Source of the DNA: an uncultured Gammaproteobacteria bacterium
GTDB lineage: Bacteria > Patescibacteriota > Microgenomatia > CAYSOG01
Assembly (NCBI GenBank): GCA_964432675.1
Contig: CAYSOG010000001.1
Location: forward strand, 4,523 to 68,522
Length of the DNA: 64,000 nucleotides
Reading direction: 5' to 3'
Below are positions 47,874-57,605 of the stretch, one piece after another. The translations under genes and the position numbers were made by a program. The notes under the pieces are model-generated. The model saw only the letters and a list, made by a program, of their open reading frames with translations, was not told the origin of the DNA and ran no database searches. Every line of letters begins with the position of its first letter. The first letter of the stretch is position 1.

Positions 47874-49253
47874 ATGGTACGAAACCTTGTGCAAAAATAT
47901 CCAATCGCTATTCCGACACTATTTTTTATTACTTCTGTAGTGCTGCAGAATTATAATTTGGGCCGGTTTTTAGATGTCATTTCAGATGAAGGTGTTTATT
48001 TGTATGCCGCTAAATTACTTTCAGCAGGCTTTATTCCATATAAAGACTTCTTTTTGGCCCACCCACCTTTTTTGATTGCGATTATTGCCGGATTTTTTAA
48101 GGTCACCAACACGAATATTAATATGTTCCACTTTGTTTATTCCATTTGGATATTTACGACGTTGTTCCCACTTTATTTCTTGGCCGAGAAAATAAGTAGA
48201 AGCAGACTTATTGCTTCAGTGTCGATGCTTCTGTTGATTACCTACCAAGGGCTCGTTTTACTTAACGCTAGAGAATTTTCGCTACGGGCTGCAGCATTAC
48301 CCTTTTTAGCATTCGCATTCTATTTTATTTTTGTATACACAAAGTATTGGCTCGCTGGTATTATGCTTGCCCTGTTTGCTGCCACAACAGTTTCAAATCT
48401 TATTTTAGCTATCGTGTTTATTTTGGCTCTTATCGGTATTGATTTTATTAATGGTGAGCGGAACATTATAAATCTAGTTCGAAAGTACCTTTGGCTTACA
48501 ATCTCATTTACTGCCATAACTGGTAGTTATTATCTTGTGGTATTAGTGTTGCCACAGGCATATGCCAACGTTGTAACATTCCAAACTCACCGAGGATACA
48601 CACCTTTTTCAGATAGGTTGCATGTTTTAGCAAAGGACATCGGTTTAAACATTCCCTATTATCTTTTCGGTATTGCTGGTAGTTTTCTATTGCCAAAGCA
48701 GTATAAAAGCATTGGTGTTTGGACGATAGCAGCCCTTCTTATCACCGTCTTTGTGTTCGGTAGTTTCTATGACCATTACTTAGTCATATTGGCTTGCGGC
48801 GTTGCAGTCAGTGCAGTTGGATCAGTGGCCTACCTACAGCGCAGCCGTTACAAATATATTTATCTTGCCCTTTTAACTGCTGCGATCATTATCGTTGCGT
48901 TGCCAAACATGTACTACCAGTTAATTGTTCGGACAACACCCGAAGTCTACTCGACAGTTTCAATAATAGCGAAACAACCTGAACCGCTTTTTAGTGTAGA
49001 ACCAATGTATGGTTTGTTGGCCAATAAGCGTTTGGTATTTTCTTATTATGTTGCCGACATGCGGGCATTCGGTACTTTAAACAAGAAAATGGGGGACCCC
49101 ACTTATCGTTCGCTTTTTGATAAAAGCCACACTATTTTAATCGGACCCTTTCCAACACAAGCAATTGACCAGGCAGCAAAGCAATACGTTTCATCACATT
49201 TCCAGCTTATTTATCAAGACGATTATCACACCGTCTATCAAAATAATAAGTGA
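47874..49253 (+). CDS. Polytopic membrane protein, putative GT-C-fold glycosyltransferase (DUF2029/PMT-like)
   Basis: DEGVY motif in the first loop and more than 10 TM helices. Location within the envelope cluster. Confidence 0.5.
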   Translation: MVRNLVQKYPIAIPTLFFITSVVLQNYNLGRFLDVISDEGVYLYAAKLLSAGFIPYKDFFLAHPPFLIAIIAGFFKVTNTNINMFHFVYSIWIFTTLFPLYFLAEKISRSRLIASVSMLLLITYQGLVLLNAREFSLRAAALPFLAFAFYFIFVYTKYWLAGIMLALFAATTVSNLILAIVFILALIGIDFINGERNIINLVRKYLWLTISFTAITGSYYLVVLVLPQAYANVVTFQTHRGYTPFSDRLHVLAKDIGLNIPYYLFGIAGSFLLPKQYKSIGVWTIAALLITVFVFGSFYDHYLVILACGVAVSAVGSVAYLQRSRYKYIYLALLTAAIIIVALPNMYYQLIVRTTPEVYSTVSIIAKQPEPLFSVEPMYGLLANKRLVFSYYVADMRAFGTLNKKMGDPTYRSLFDKSHTILIGPFPTQAIDQAAKQYVSSHFQLIYQDDYHTVYQNNK

Positions 49254-49329
49254 TTTTCTATTTGTTATTTTTCCTTCTTGCATAATGAATTAGGTTTGTA
49301 TAAGATGCCGTAAAGAAGGGATTTTCGTT

Positions 49330-50217
49330 GTGCGAATAAAAAATGCCATATTTATCCAATTTGCTTTTGTGCCTTTAACGCTGGTTTCAAGCATTTTCCC
49401 TCCTTCCCATAATCAATTACCTACTGTTCCTCAAAAACCTCAAGCTTCTTTGCCTGCTGATATTTTGTTACCCGGTATTGAAGCAGAACTTTCTTCACCC
49501 TCAGCTTCACCGCGTATCACCCAGCAAACTGTGTTGCCACATTTCCGAATCCCGGTTTTGATGTATCACTATATTCGGTATATGAAAGACCAAAATGACA
49601 AAGTAGGCTTTTCACTTTCAGTGAGGCCCGACAATTTTGAAAAGCAAGCCCAATATCTCACCTCGCATGGGTTTTCAACTGTAACACCGAAGCAGGTCTA
49701 TGATAATTTAGTCTTTGGCAAGCCACTGCCACCCAAGCCCATTATGCTCACATTTGATGACGGGTATGCTGATTTTTATTTTGAAGCCCTACGGATTGTC
49801 GATAAATACAATTTAAAAGCGACATTATTCATCCCTTCAGAAAAAATAGGTTCTCCGAATTATTTAACCTGGGACGAATTACGAAAGTTAACGACTGACC
49901 CAAACATCGATATTGCAGGCCACACCATGACACATATCAATTTGGCTCAAATTCCGTTGAACCAAGCTGCTGCGGAAATTGTTGGCAGCAAGCTGGCACT
50001 ACAACAAAAACTTGGTATTTCGATACAATTTTTTGCATATCCTTATGGTGCGTTTAATAGCCAGGTGATTGATGTTGTGAGAAAGGCAGGGTTTAAATTA
50101 GCGTTTTCGACAATTTCGGGCGACACACAAACGCTGGCTGACCAGTATACTTTACACCGGCTATCGGTTACTGGAGAAGAAGATATGGACGCATTTGCAA
50201 AATTGGTTGGCCAGTAA
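49330..50217 (+). CDS. Polysaccharide deacetylase (CE4, NodB domain), secreted
   Basis: IMLTFDDGYADFY and HTMTHINL motifs. N-terminal hydrophobic signal. Confidence 0.8.
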   Translation: MRIKNAIFIQFAFVPLTLVSSIFPPSHNQLPTVPQKPQASLPADILLPGIEAELSSPSASPRITQQTVLPHFRIPVLMYHYIRYMKDQNDKVGFSLSVRPDNFEKQAQYLTSHGFSTVTPKQVYDNLVFGKPLPPKPIMLTFDDGYADFYFEALRIVDKYNLKATLFIPSEKIGSPNYLTWDELRKLTTDPNIDIAGHTMTHINLAQIPLNQAAAEIVGSKLALQQKLGISIQFFAYPYGAFNSQVIDVVRKAGFKLAFSTISGDTQTLADQYTLHRLSVTGEEDMDAFAKLVGQ

Positions 50218-50275
50218 TTGGTACCATGTGGGTTTGGAACAAAGCGCATTTCATATGGCATAATTGTTTTAGAGT

Positions 50276-51013
50276 ATGAGAGTTATTTCCCTTGCACCGT
50301 CAAATACTGAAATTTTGTGCGCGTTGGGTTTAGCACATGATATTATCGCAACCACGATCTACTGCGATTATCCAAAGTCAATGGTGAAGAAACCGAAAGT
50401 TGGCAGTTGGATTGCTATTAAGCAAGATTATGTTGCCAGTCTTAAGCCGGACTTGATTGTTACTGCAACCGTCGTTCAAGAAAAAATCGCTGAAAGGTTA
50501 CAGCAGTCCAAACTTCCTGTGTTGCACCTTGATCCAAGGACAATAGATGGGATATATCGAAGTATTTTAGCAATTGGCCAGGCAACGGGTACTGAGGCAA
50601 AAGCTACACAGCTTATTGCCAGTATGAAGGATGAGCTTGAGAATCACAAAAATAAACTTCCAAAAAGACAACGGGTATACATTGAAGAATGGCATAGACC
50701 GCCATTTGCTTCTGGAAACTGGGTTCCCGAGTTAGTCTTTTATGCTGGTGGACAATATGGTTTAGTTTCACCAGGCATCCTTAGCAGAACAGTGACAACG
50801 AAAGAAGTACAGCAGTATGATCCGCAAGTCATTTTTCTCTCAATTTGTGGTTTTCATGATAAATTACCTACCGATATTGTCAGGCGGCGGAAAGGTTGGG
50901 AAAACCTATCTGCAGTTAAGCATAATCAGGTATACGTACTTGATGATACGGTTTTAAATCGTCCAGGCCCAAGAATTGTGAACGCCGTTTCCACCCTTCG
51001 GCAATACTTGTAG
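50276..51013 (+). CDS. BtuF/TroA-like (helical-backbone) periplasmic-binding-protein-fold protein, possibly cobalamin/metal binding
   Basis: RVISLAPSNTEILCALG...DLIVT and a C-terminal lobe. No obvious signal peptide. Confidence 0.55.
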   Translation: MRVISLAPSNTEILCALGLAHDIIATTIYCDYPKSMVKKPKVGSWIAIKQDYVASLKPDLIVTATVVQEKIAERLQQSKLPVLHLDPRTIDGIYRSILAIGQATGTEAKATQLIASMKDELENHKNKLPKRQRVYIEEWHRPPFASGNWVPELVFYAGGQYGLVSPGILSRTVTTKEVQQYDPQVIFLSICGFHDKLPTDIVRRRKGWENLSAVKHNQVYVLDDTVLNRPGPRIVNAVSTLRQYL

Positions 51014-51046
51014 TAACCGTTTCGGTAATGCAGTAGACTATATATA

Positions 51047-51532
51047 ATGCAAAAACCGCTGATTGGCTTAATGTTCCTTGTCGTTATTGGTCTAAGTGTT
51101 ATTATTGCGTTTGTCTATTTTGGAAAATCGCGGTTTTTCACCCCAAAGCTGCAAGCGACCAAACAGAACATCCTTATTATCGATAACACTGTTATACCCT
51201 TAGAGGTTGAACGCACACCCCAGCAAGAAGCTTTAGGGCTGTCGAACCGAGCAAGTTTGGCTCGTGATAGTGGAATGTTATTCGTTCTGCCGAACCGACA
51301 AATACCGACATTTTGGATGAAAGATATGCATTTCCCCCTTGATTTTATTTGGATAGACCATGATAAAGTAATTGATATAACTGAAAACGTACCACCACCA
51401 AATGGTCCAAGTGATCCGCTCCCTTTTTATTCACCAAAACTTCCCGTCACATATGTACTTGAAGTCAATGCGGGATTTGCTAAAGCACATAACATTAGTA
51501 TTGGAAATAAAGTCGACATGAGAATAGAGTAA
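51047..51532 (+). CDS. DUF192 domain protein
   Basis: N-terminal TM. GLSNRASLARDSGMLFV...MKDMHFPLDFIWID matches DUF192. Confidence 0.7.
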   Translation: MQKPLIGLMFLVVIGLSVIIAFVYFGKSRFFTPKLQATKQNILIIDNTVIPLEVERTPQQEALGLSNRASLARDSGMLFVLPNRQIPTFWMKDMHFPLDFIWIDHDKVIDITENVPPPNGPSDPLPFYSPKLPVTYVLEVNAGFAKAHNISIGNKVDMRIE

Positions 51533-51579
51533 AACGCAAAAAGTAAAAGATACAAAACAAAGAGAAAATCTTTTATCTT

Positions 51580-52131
51580 ATGGGTATTCCTTATCGGATC
51601 ATCACTATTTCTGGGCTTGGCTGTAGCGGCACAACAACATTAACCCGCTTACTGTCAAAAGCAATTGGGTGGCCGCATAGTCATCCCGCTAGTGAGCAAA
51701 TGCGGACATTTTTACACGCGCACCAGTTACCGCTTTCGGCTATGGACCAATTACCTGATGAGCAAGAAGTCAGTATTGATAATTACCTAAAATCAATAAT
51801 CCAAAATAGTAACCATCAAATTGTTAATGGCAGGTTAAGCGGTTGGCATGCTCAAGGCATTGGGGATGTCTTTAAGGTTTTTGTTACGGCAAGTGACGAA
51901 AAAAGGGTAGAACGATTTGCGGCTAGGGAAAATTACTCTATTGCCCAAGCCGGCCAAGAATTGAAAGCCAGGGATGCTAATGAATTCGAGAAGTACAAGC
52001 GGCTATATGGTGCTGATGCCACAGATCCGAAGTTATACGACCTTATTATCGATACCACAAATACAACGCCGCAAGAATGCCTTGATCTGCTATTGAATAA
52101 AATAGGCGCCATACAAGAAAATAAAGGCTAG
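51580..52131 (+). CDS. Cytidylate-kinase-like P-loop NTPase
   Basis: P-loop ITISGLGCSGTTT, plus a lid region and a C-terminal DLIIDT. Confidence 0.5.
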   Translation: MGIPYRIITISGLGCSGTTTLTRLLSKAIGWPHSHPASEQMRTFLHAHQLPLSAMDQLPDEQEVSIDNYLKSIIQNSNHQIVNGRLSGWHAQGIGDVFKVFVTASDEKRVERFAARENYSIAQAGQELKARDANEFEKYKRLYGADATDPKLYDLIIDTTNTTPQECLDLLLNKIGAIQENKG

Positions 52132-52184
52132 CGTTTACGTCTTTTTTTGCTCCCGTTTGTTTGATAGACTAAAGTCTAAGCTCT

Positions 52185-52922
52185 ATGCATAAAGTAATTT
52201 TCCTTTTGTTATTATTTACTGCTATAAGCGGCATTGGCTTCGCCACTGCTAAGTTACTTGATCCAACACCGGCACCGTTGACAATGCGGAACATTTGGGC
52301 GAAAGTGGCCTATAAAGTGCTACAAAGGCAAAGTGAAAATAGCCAACAATGGTATGTAAACGATATTTTACGTCAGGTTAGCACTGGCAAGGTTACTACC
52401 CAGCTATCACAAGCAATTTATAACGACGAGCCAATTACGGTTCCAAAAATTTCCCGCGTATTGTCAGATTCAGCTGCAGTGCTACCAGCCGATGTTGGGA
52501 ATGGTACAAAATGGATTGAAGTTAATCTTGGCAACCAAACACTATATGCCCATGAAGGTGACAATGTGATCTATACTATGCGAATTTCTTCAGGTTTACC
52601 TTGGACGCCAACGCCAACTGGAACATTTAATATTTGGATTAAACTAAGGTCGACCCGAATGAAAGGCGGTTCTAAAGAAACGGGTGACTATTACGATTTA
52701 CCCAACGTGCCGTATACAATGTACTTTGACGGTGGTTATGGCATTCACGGTGCCTATTGGCATAATAATTTCGGCCATCCAATGAGCCACGGTTGCGTTA
52801 ACCTTTCACCCAAAGACGCCGAAGTTTTGTTCAATTGGGCAGACCCGACTTTGCCAGATGGGCAAAGCGCTATCCGGTCAACTGATGATAATCCTGGCAC
52901 CCAAGTTGTTGTCCACAGCTAA
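52185..52922 (+). CDS. L,D-transpeptidase (YkuD domain)
   Basis: Catalytic HGAYWHNNFGHPMSHGCVNL (His/Cys dyad). N-terminal signal. Confidence 0.8.
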   Translation: MHKVIFLLLLFTAISGIGFATAKLLDPTPAPLTMRNIWAKVAYKVLQRQSENSQQWYVNDILRQVSTGKVTTQLSQAIYNDEPITVPKISRVLSDSAAVLPADVGNGTKWIEVNLGNQTLYAHEGDNVIYTMRISSGLPWTPTPTGTFNIWIKLRSTRMKGGSKETGDYYDLPNVPYTMYFDGGYGIHGAYWHNNFGHPMSHGCVNLSPKDAEVLFNWADPTLPDGQSAIRSTDDNPGTQVVVHS

Positions 52923-52949
52923 ATTTTCTTATCATCTGCTATAATTTTC

Positions 52950-52997
52950 CTCGTTACTTGCAGTATACTCGTGAGCACACTCGTTACTTGCAGTATA
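52950..52997. repeat. Two direct copies of CTCGTTACTTGCAGTATA (18 bp) spaced 30 bp apart in the promoter region of gene 53024
   Basis: Copy 1 at 52950-52967, copy 2 at 52980-52997. Copy 2 reads TATAAT at its 3' end. Confidence 0.7.
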
Positions 52998-53023
52998 ATA
53001 AATTAACACGAGAATTCTGATTT

Positions 53024-53923
53024 TTGATGAAAAAATTACTTTCCCTCTTTATTGCTAGCATGCTTTTTTTGTTTGCCGCAAGGTTTTTTTCTGGGCCGGT
53101 TAGCGCACATACTGGTTCAGGTCCACCATTCTTACTCGTGAATGGTCAGTACGCCCAAACAAACCCATTCTATATGGGAGTGCCAGATTTTAAACTACTA
53201 ATTTCACAAGATGTCTCACCAGCAAAGTATTTAGTGAACCAACCCATACAGTTTTCGATAGATGGGCCAAAGCTACAAGTGCCGCAGGATGTTTTAAGCC
53301 ATTCTACTTTTCGGTGGAGCTTCGAAAATGGCAGTACTGATTACAAGTTTGGTCTAACGCAGCCATATACTTATAGCAAGGTTGGTTCCCACCTACTATC
53401 AGTATGGGTGAAAGGGCCGCAAGAAACGGAATATACCTTAATCGATACGGTCAAGGTTGATGTGGTGCCTAACATGCACTATCAATTGCCGCAAACAAAA
53501 ATTACGGTTTCGGGTAATAAATTACAATTGCACCAACCATTGTCGTTTTACAATAACACTACCACCGATAAATCGGCCAAGGTCCAATCATATTTATGGT
53601 ATTTAGACAATAATAGCTACACTACGCAGGCTAACCCTGTCTATACCTATAACCAGGGCGATTTTTTAAACTACGTCTTTTTACAGGTGACCGACAGTAA
53701 TGGTTTTTTGGTTGACGCGGCAATTACCGTCGATGGGACTGGACAAGATTTGGCATTCGCTAATTTAGATCCAAACGACCAAACCGCGGTTGTTGTATCG
53801 AAAGATACTAAAGCTAAATCGGCCTTTGCATTTAGTCCAATCTACCTCGAAATCGGTGCTATCATTATAATAATGGCCGCAATGACAATCGGATTATTCC
53901 GCAAAGCAAAGTCGAAGAAGTGA
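53024..53923 (+). CDS. Secreted protein with C-terminal membrane anchor, predicted mature N-terminal His (signal ...PVSA|HTG)
   Basis: Signal peptide, beta-rich PKD/Ig-like segments, C-terminal TM plus KAKSKK. Confidence 0.45.
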   Translation: MMKKLLSLFIASMLFLFAARFFSGPVSAHTGSGPPFLLVNGQYAQTNPFYMGVPDFKLLISQDVSPAKYLVNQPIQFSIDGPKLQVPQDVLSHSTFRWSFENGSTDYKFGLTQPYTYSKVGSHLLSVWVKGPQETEYTLIDTVKVDVVPNMHYQLPQTKITVSGNKLQLHQPLSFYNNTTTDKSAKVQSYLWYLDNNSYTTQANPVYTYNQGDFLNYVFLQVTDSNGFLVDAAITVDGTGQDLAFANLDPNDQTAVVVSKDTKAKSAFAFSPIYLEIGAIIIIMAAMTIGLFRKAKSKK

Positions 53924-53948
53924 TAGGGGAATTACAAGACATTAAGGT

Positions 53949-55511
53949 ATGAACCTTTTCTTAATCAAATATATTCGGCATATGGTATTGACCGCTAGTT
54001 TCATTACGGCGGTTGTCGTTTATATCATCTTATCGTTGACTTTTGCTGACACAAGCTTGCGTATAATTAGGTTAGTTGAAATATATGCCTTTTGTGCCGT
54101 CATTATGCTGTATTTAGCAATGTTGGCAAGTCCTCTCTATGCCGTTTTCCCAAATTTTCCATTTCGTCCGTATTACATTAAAGCGAGGCGCGCGATCGGT
54201 AATTCGGCATTCTTCTTTGGACTTACTCACGGTACGTTGGCGTTTTTTATGCTGTTGGGCGGATTTTCGGGTTTAGGGTTCCTGGCGCCGCAGTATCTGC
54301 TCGCTATTATTTTGAGTTTTACTGCCCTACTTATTTTGACATTAATGGCCGCCACATCGTTTGACTATATGGTGCAAAAACTTGGCACAAAGTGGAAAAA
54401 ATTACATCGTTTTGTTTATATTGCCGGCTTATTAGTCATCATCCACACATTCCTTATTGGTACGCATTTTCAGGATTTGTCAGGTTGGATACCGCAGCTC
54501 TTTATTGGAGCACTTGTGTTCTTGTTGTTACTTGAGTCCATTAGGTTTGACCGTTTCATTAGTAATAAATTTCTAGGCCTACCCCGATATGGCATCGTAT
54601 TTGTGCTTTGCGTAGTTGCCATGGCCGCTGCTATTTCCTATTTGTACTTTCCACAAGGGTCAGGGACACCAACTTTGGGTATTCATGCTGCCCATATCCA
54701 GCTAGCCAAGCAAGCCCAAAACACAACAGCCAACCAGCCATCGACCAATATCCCCGGACTAAATTGCGATAGGACAAAACGGTACACGGTAAGCTTTAAC
54801 AATCCTCCAAACGTTCAGCCGAACCAAGATGTAACCCTTACTTTTACGGTGTACGATGCTTCAAGCGGTAATCCGGTCACCTTCTTCACCCCAATTTATG
54901 AGAAAGTTATGCACCTTGTTATCGTTAACAATGATCTTACTTACTTTACCCATATTCACCCCACCCAAAATGGCGCAACGTTTAGTATCACTACAAAATT
55001 TCCAACCGATGGTGTTTACCATCTATACATAGATTTTCAACCCCTGGGGGCCATAGAACAGCAGATTGGTTTTACACTTCCAGTTGGTAATACGGCAAAT
55101 GTCCAACCTCCATCAATGCCAGCGGATACTAGTCTCACGAAGAATTTTGGCAATTATCAAGTGACCTTATCAAAACCAAATCCATTGAAAGCTGCCAATA
55201 TTTCGATCGGAGAGCAAACTTTAACCTTTACCATAAAAGATGCCAAAACCGGTCAGCCAATTACAACATTAAAGCCCTATTTGGCAGCATATGGTCACTT
55301 ATCGATGATTAACCAACAAACGTTCGATTTTATTCATGTCCACCCATCTAATTTAACCCCACCGGCACCAAATGCTAATGGTGGCCCAAATGTTACATTT
55401 TTACCACTTGGACTGTACGGACCAATTAAACCTGGCGTTTATACAATCTTTGCTGAATTTAATCCCGACGGAAACTTATTCACAGCAACTTTTACGGTAG
55501 AAGTACAATAG
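53949..55511 (+). CDS. Ferric-reductase-like transmembrane domain (di-heme, MsrQ/YedZ-type) fused to two tandem periplasmic His-containing beta-domains
   Basis: FRD-like 6-TM region with conserved His (GLTHGTLAF; LHRFVYIAGLLVIIHTF). Two roughly 110-aa repeats each carrying F(T/I)H(I/V)HP. Confidence 0.55.
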   Translation: MNLFLIKYIRHMVLTASFITAVVVYIILSLTFADTSLRIIRLVEIYAFCAVIMLYLAMLASPLYAVFPNFPFRPYYIKARRAIGNSAFFFGLTHGTLAFFMLLGGFSGLGFLAPQYLLAIILSFTALLILTLMAATSFDYMVQKLGTKWKKLHRFVYIAGLLVIIHTFLIGTHFQDLSGWIPQLFIGALVFLLLLESIRFDRFISNKFLGLPRYGIVFVLCVVAMAAAISYLYFPQGSGTPTLGIHAAHIQLAKQAQNTTANQPSTNIPGLNCDRTKRYTVSFNNPPNVQPNQDVTLTFTVYDASSGNPVTFFTPIYEKVMHLVIVNNDLTYFTHIHPTQNGATFSITTKFPTDGVYHLYIDFQPLGAIEQQIGFTLPVGNTANVQPPSMPADTSLTKNFGNYQVTLSKPNPLKAANISIGEQTLTFTIKDAKTGQPITTLKPYLAAYGHLSMINQQTFDFIHVHPSNLTPPAPNANGGPNVTFLPLGLYGPIKPGVYTIFAEFNPDGNLFTATFTVEVQ

Positions 55512-55667
55512 GAAAATCAAATATTAAGAATTGAAATGCAAAATCGTATAGTAGAATGTAACATTTTTCATTTTTTGAGCTATCCACCATCCGACAGCTG
55601 GCTGGAGGAGGGTTGCTTCATGAGTACATGACACTCGTACAATATTGATTTTTGATTTAACTACTAT

Positions 55668-56252
55668 ATGCTGAAAAAGATATCTGCTAGTATTCTTCTA
55701 TTTATAGTTTCTGGAATTATATTTGTCCCGATTGTTTCAGCTCATATCTTAAGGTCCGATGGTTCTATCGGTGCAGTATTACATATCGATCCAGAAGACG
55801 ATCCGATTGCTGGCCAACAATCTGGATTTTTCTTTGAGTTTAAGGATAAGCAAAATAAATTTACTCCCACCAATTGCGATTGTACATTTTCCATTAATGA
55901 ACAGAGCAAGGAAATTTATAGCCAGCCGTTGTTTGCGGGCAATGCTAATCCAAATTTAGAAAATGCATCGATATTTTATACGTTCCCCAAAAAAGACGTC
56001 TATGAAGTGGCGGTAGTTGGTAAGCCAATCCAAGCCAACGCTTTCCAGCCATTTACTCTACGATACGACCTGCGGGTAGATCGGGAAGTACAAAATGGCT
56101 ATACGTCCAATAACATCTTTTTCAGTGATCTAGAGCAGCTTAATAATAACTTAGGTGGTCATCTACCACATTATGTTGGTCTTGCGATTATTGTTATTGC
56201 GTTCCTTATATTTTTATATATTGATAGACGTAATCGTCCAAAAAATATATAA
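55668..56252 (+). CDS. Secreted His1 protein with C-terminal TM anchor (CopC/YtkA-like candidate copper-binding protein)
   Basis: Signal peptide ending VSA|HIL. CxC (NCDC). C-terminal TM (VGLAIIVIAFLIFLYI). Confidence 0.4.
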   Translation: MLKKISASILLFIVSGIIFVPIVSAHILRSDGSIGAVLHIDPEDDPIAGQQSGFFFEFKDKQNKFTPTNCDCTFSINEQSKEIYSQPLFAGNANPNLENASIFYTFPKKDVYEVAVVGKPIQANAFQPFTLRYDLRVDREVQNGYTSNNIFFSDLEQLNNNLGGHLPHYVGLAIIVIAFLIFLYIDRRNRPKNI

Positions 56253-56297
56253 CTATTAAAAACAAATATAAGTTAGGCAATTTTAAAAGGAGTAATT

Positions 56298-56951
56298 ATG
56301 CATCGGAAAATTATTACTGTTTCTGTCGTTACAATGGCGTTTCTGCTGTTGAGCGTTTCGGTTGCATCGGCACATATGGTTGTTAAACCTTCTACTGTTG
56401 GTATTGGCAGCGTCCAAAACTTTAGTTTGGGTGTACCAACTGAAAAGGGAGGCTCGACGGTTGCTGTTCGTTTGCTAGTTCCGGATGGCCTAGATGACGT
56501 AACACCAAATGTCAAACCCGGCTGGAGGATTGAAGTCAAGAAAAATGGTACAGGCGATAACTTACCAGTTACCGAAATTGATTGGAGTGGTGGCAGCATC
56601 CCATCAGGTCAGCGAGATGAGTTTTTATTTTCGGCCCAAGTCCCGGCGAACACGACAATATTGCAGTGGAAAGCCTACCAAATATACAACGATGGTAGTA
56701 CGGTTGCTTGGGACCAACCTCCAGTAAACAATGCTGCGTCACCCGCTGATGATAGCACGATGAAAAACGGATCTTATTCTACTACGCAGGTTGTTAATGA
56801 CCTGACTAGCAATGCAACCGGATCGGTTATGGCAAATGCTTCATCGGATAAAACAGTTAGTTATGTTGCTTGGGCAGCTCTTGCTATTGCCCTAGTATCA
56901 TTGGTGTTGGCGGTAAAGCCAATGATGAAGCCAAAAGACACCAACATCTAA
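56298..56951 (+). CDS. YcnI-like (DUF1775) copper-binding protein, C-terminal TM anchor
   Basis: Signal ending ASA|HMVV, then GIGSVQNFSLGVPTEKGGSTVAVRLLVPDGL..VKPGW....IDWSGG.I..GQRDEFLF, which matches the YcnI/DUF1775 architecture. Thr/Ser linker and TM. Confidence 0.7.
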   Translation: MHRKIITVSVVTMAFLLLSVSVASAHMVVKPSTVGIGSVQNFSLGVPTEKGGSTVAVRLLVPDGLDDVTPNVKPGWRIEVKKNGTGDNLPVTEIDWSGGSIPSGQRDEFLFSAQVPANTTILQWKAYQIYNDGSTVAWDQPPVNNAASPADDSTMKNGSYSTTQVVNDLTSNATGSVMANASSDKTVSYVAWAALAIALVSLVLAVKPMMKPKDTNI

Positions 56952-56981
56952 AGAGTTTGAAATTGCTATAGAAATGAAAAA

Positions 56982-57014
56982 TGGCTTGTACCTTTTGGGG
57001 TGCAAGCCATTTTC
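56982..57014 (+). terminator. Intrinsic terminator after YcnI-like gene
   Basis: TGGCTTGTACC-ttttgg-GGTGCAAGCCA followed by TTTTCAATAT. Confidence 0.6.
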
Positions 57015-57605
57015 AATATAAGACCTGGTAGTAAAACCACCAGGTCTCAAAAAAGGAGGTGAGAGTGTCCCTTGCGGGACAAAAGTATACTACCATATTA
57101 GTCGACAAATGTCAAACCTATAAGTAATAAATAATGATGTTCACTTTGCTCTGTTTTAGATACGTTTTGAGATTAGCCGAAGCCAGCATATATGCAATAA
57201 GTTAGAATTACTTATAAACCTATAGCAGAATATTAATGTCACCACTAATATACCAAAAGTTATCACTTTAAATTTACTATTGCCAATCTGCAAAGTAATT
57301 ATTCAAGTTGATATAGTTTAAAACTAGAGTGTATTTAATTGATAGAATTGACAGGGCATTTATGGTCCATGGTATTGTACACCCAGTACGGTTGCTCGGC
57401 TTAAGTAAGGTATCAATACTGAGCAAAATGCAATGATTTCCTTCCGATAATCCATTAGCAGGCTTACGGCCGTACAAATGTTTCGGAAAGCGCTTTTTCA
57501 CTGAAAAATGCGCTCCTGCCCTTTTTCGAAACATGTCATTATTTACTGTTCCAACTAATGCAAAACAACACTTGCCCATTTATTAATCAATCTATTATTT
57601 TTACT

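Noticed and set aside
52950-52997. CRISPR array
   Set aside because: Only two copies of an 18-bp repeat with a 12-bp spacer and no cas genes. Interpreted as a promoter/operator repeat.
57277-57579. 100-aa Cys-rich minus-strand ORF upstream of the fibre module
   Set aside because: It spans the long inverted repeat and hairpins of the structured leader, with no RBS. The region is more parsimoniously non-coding regulatory RNA/DNA.
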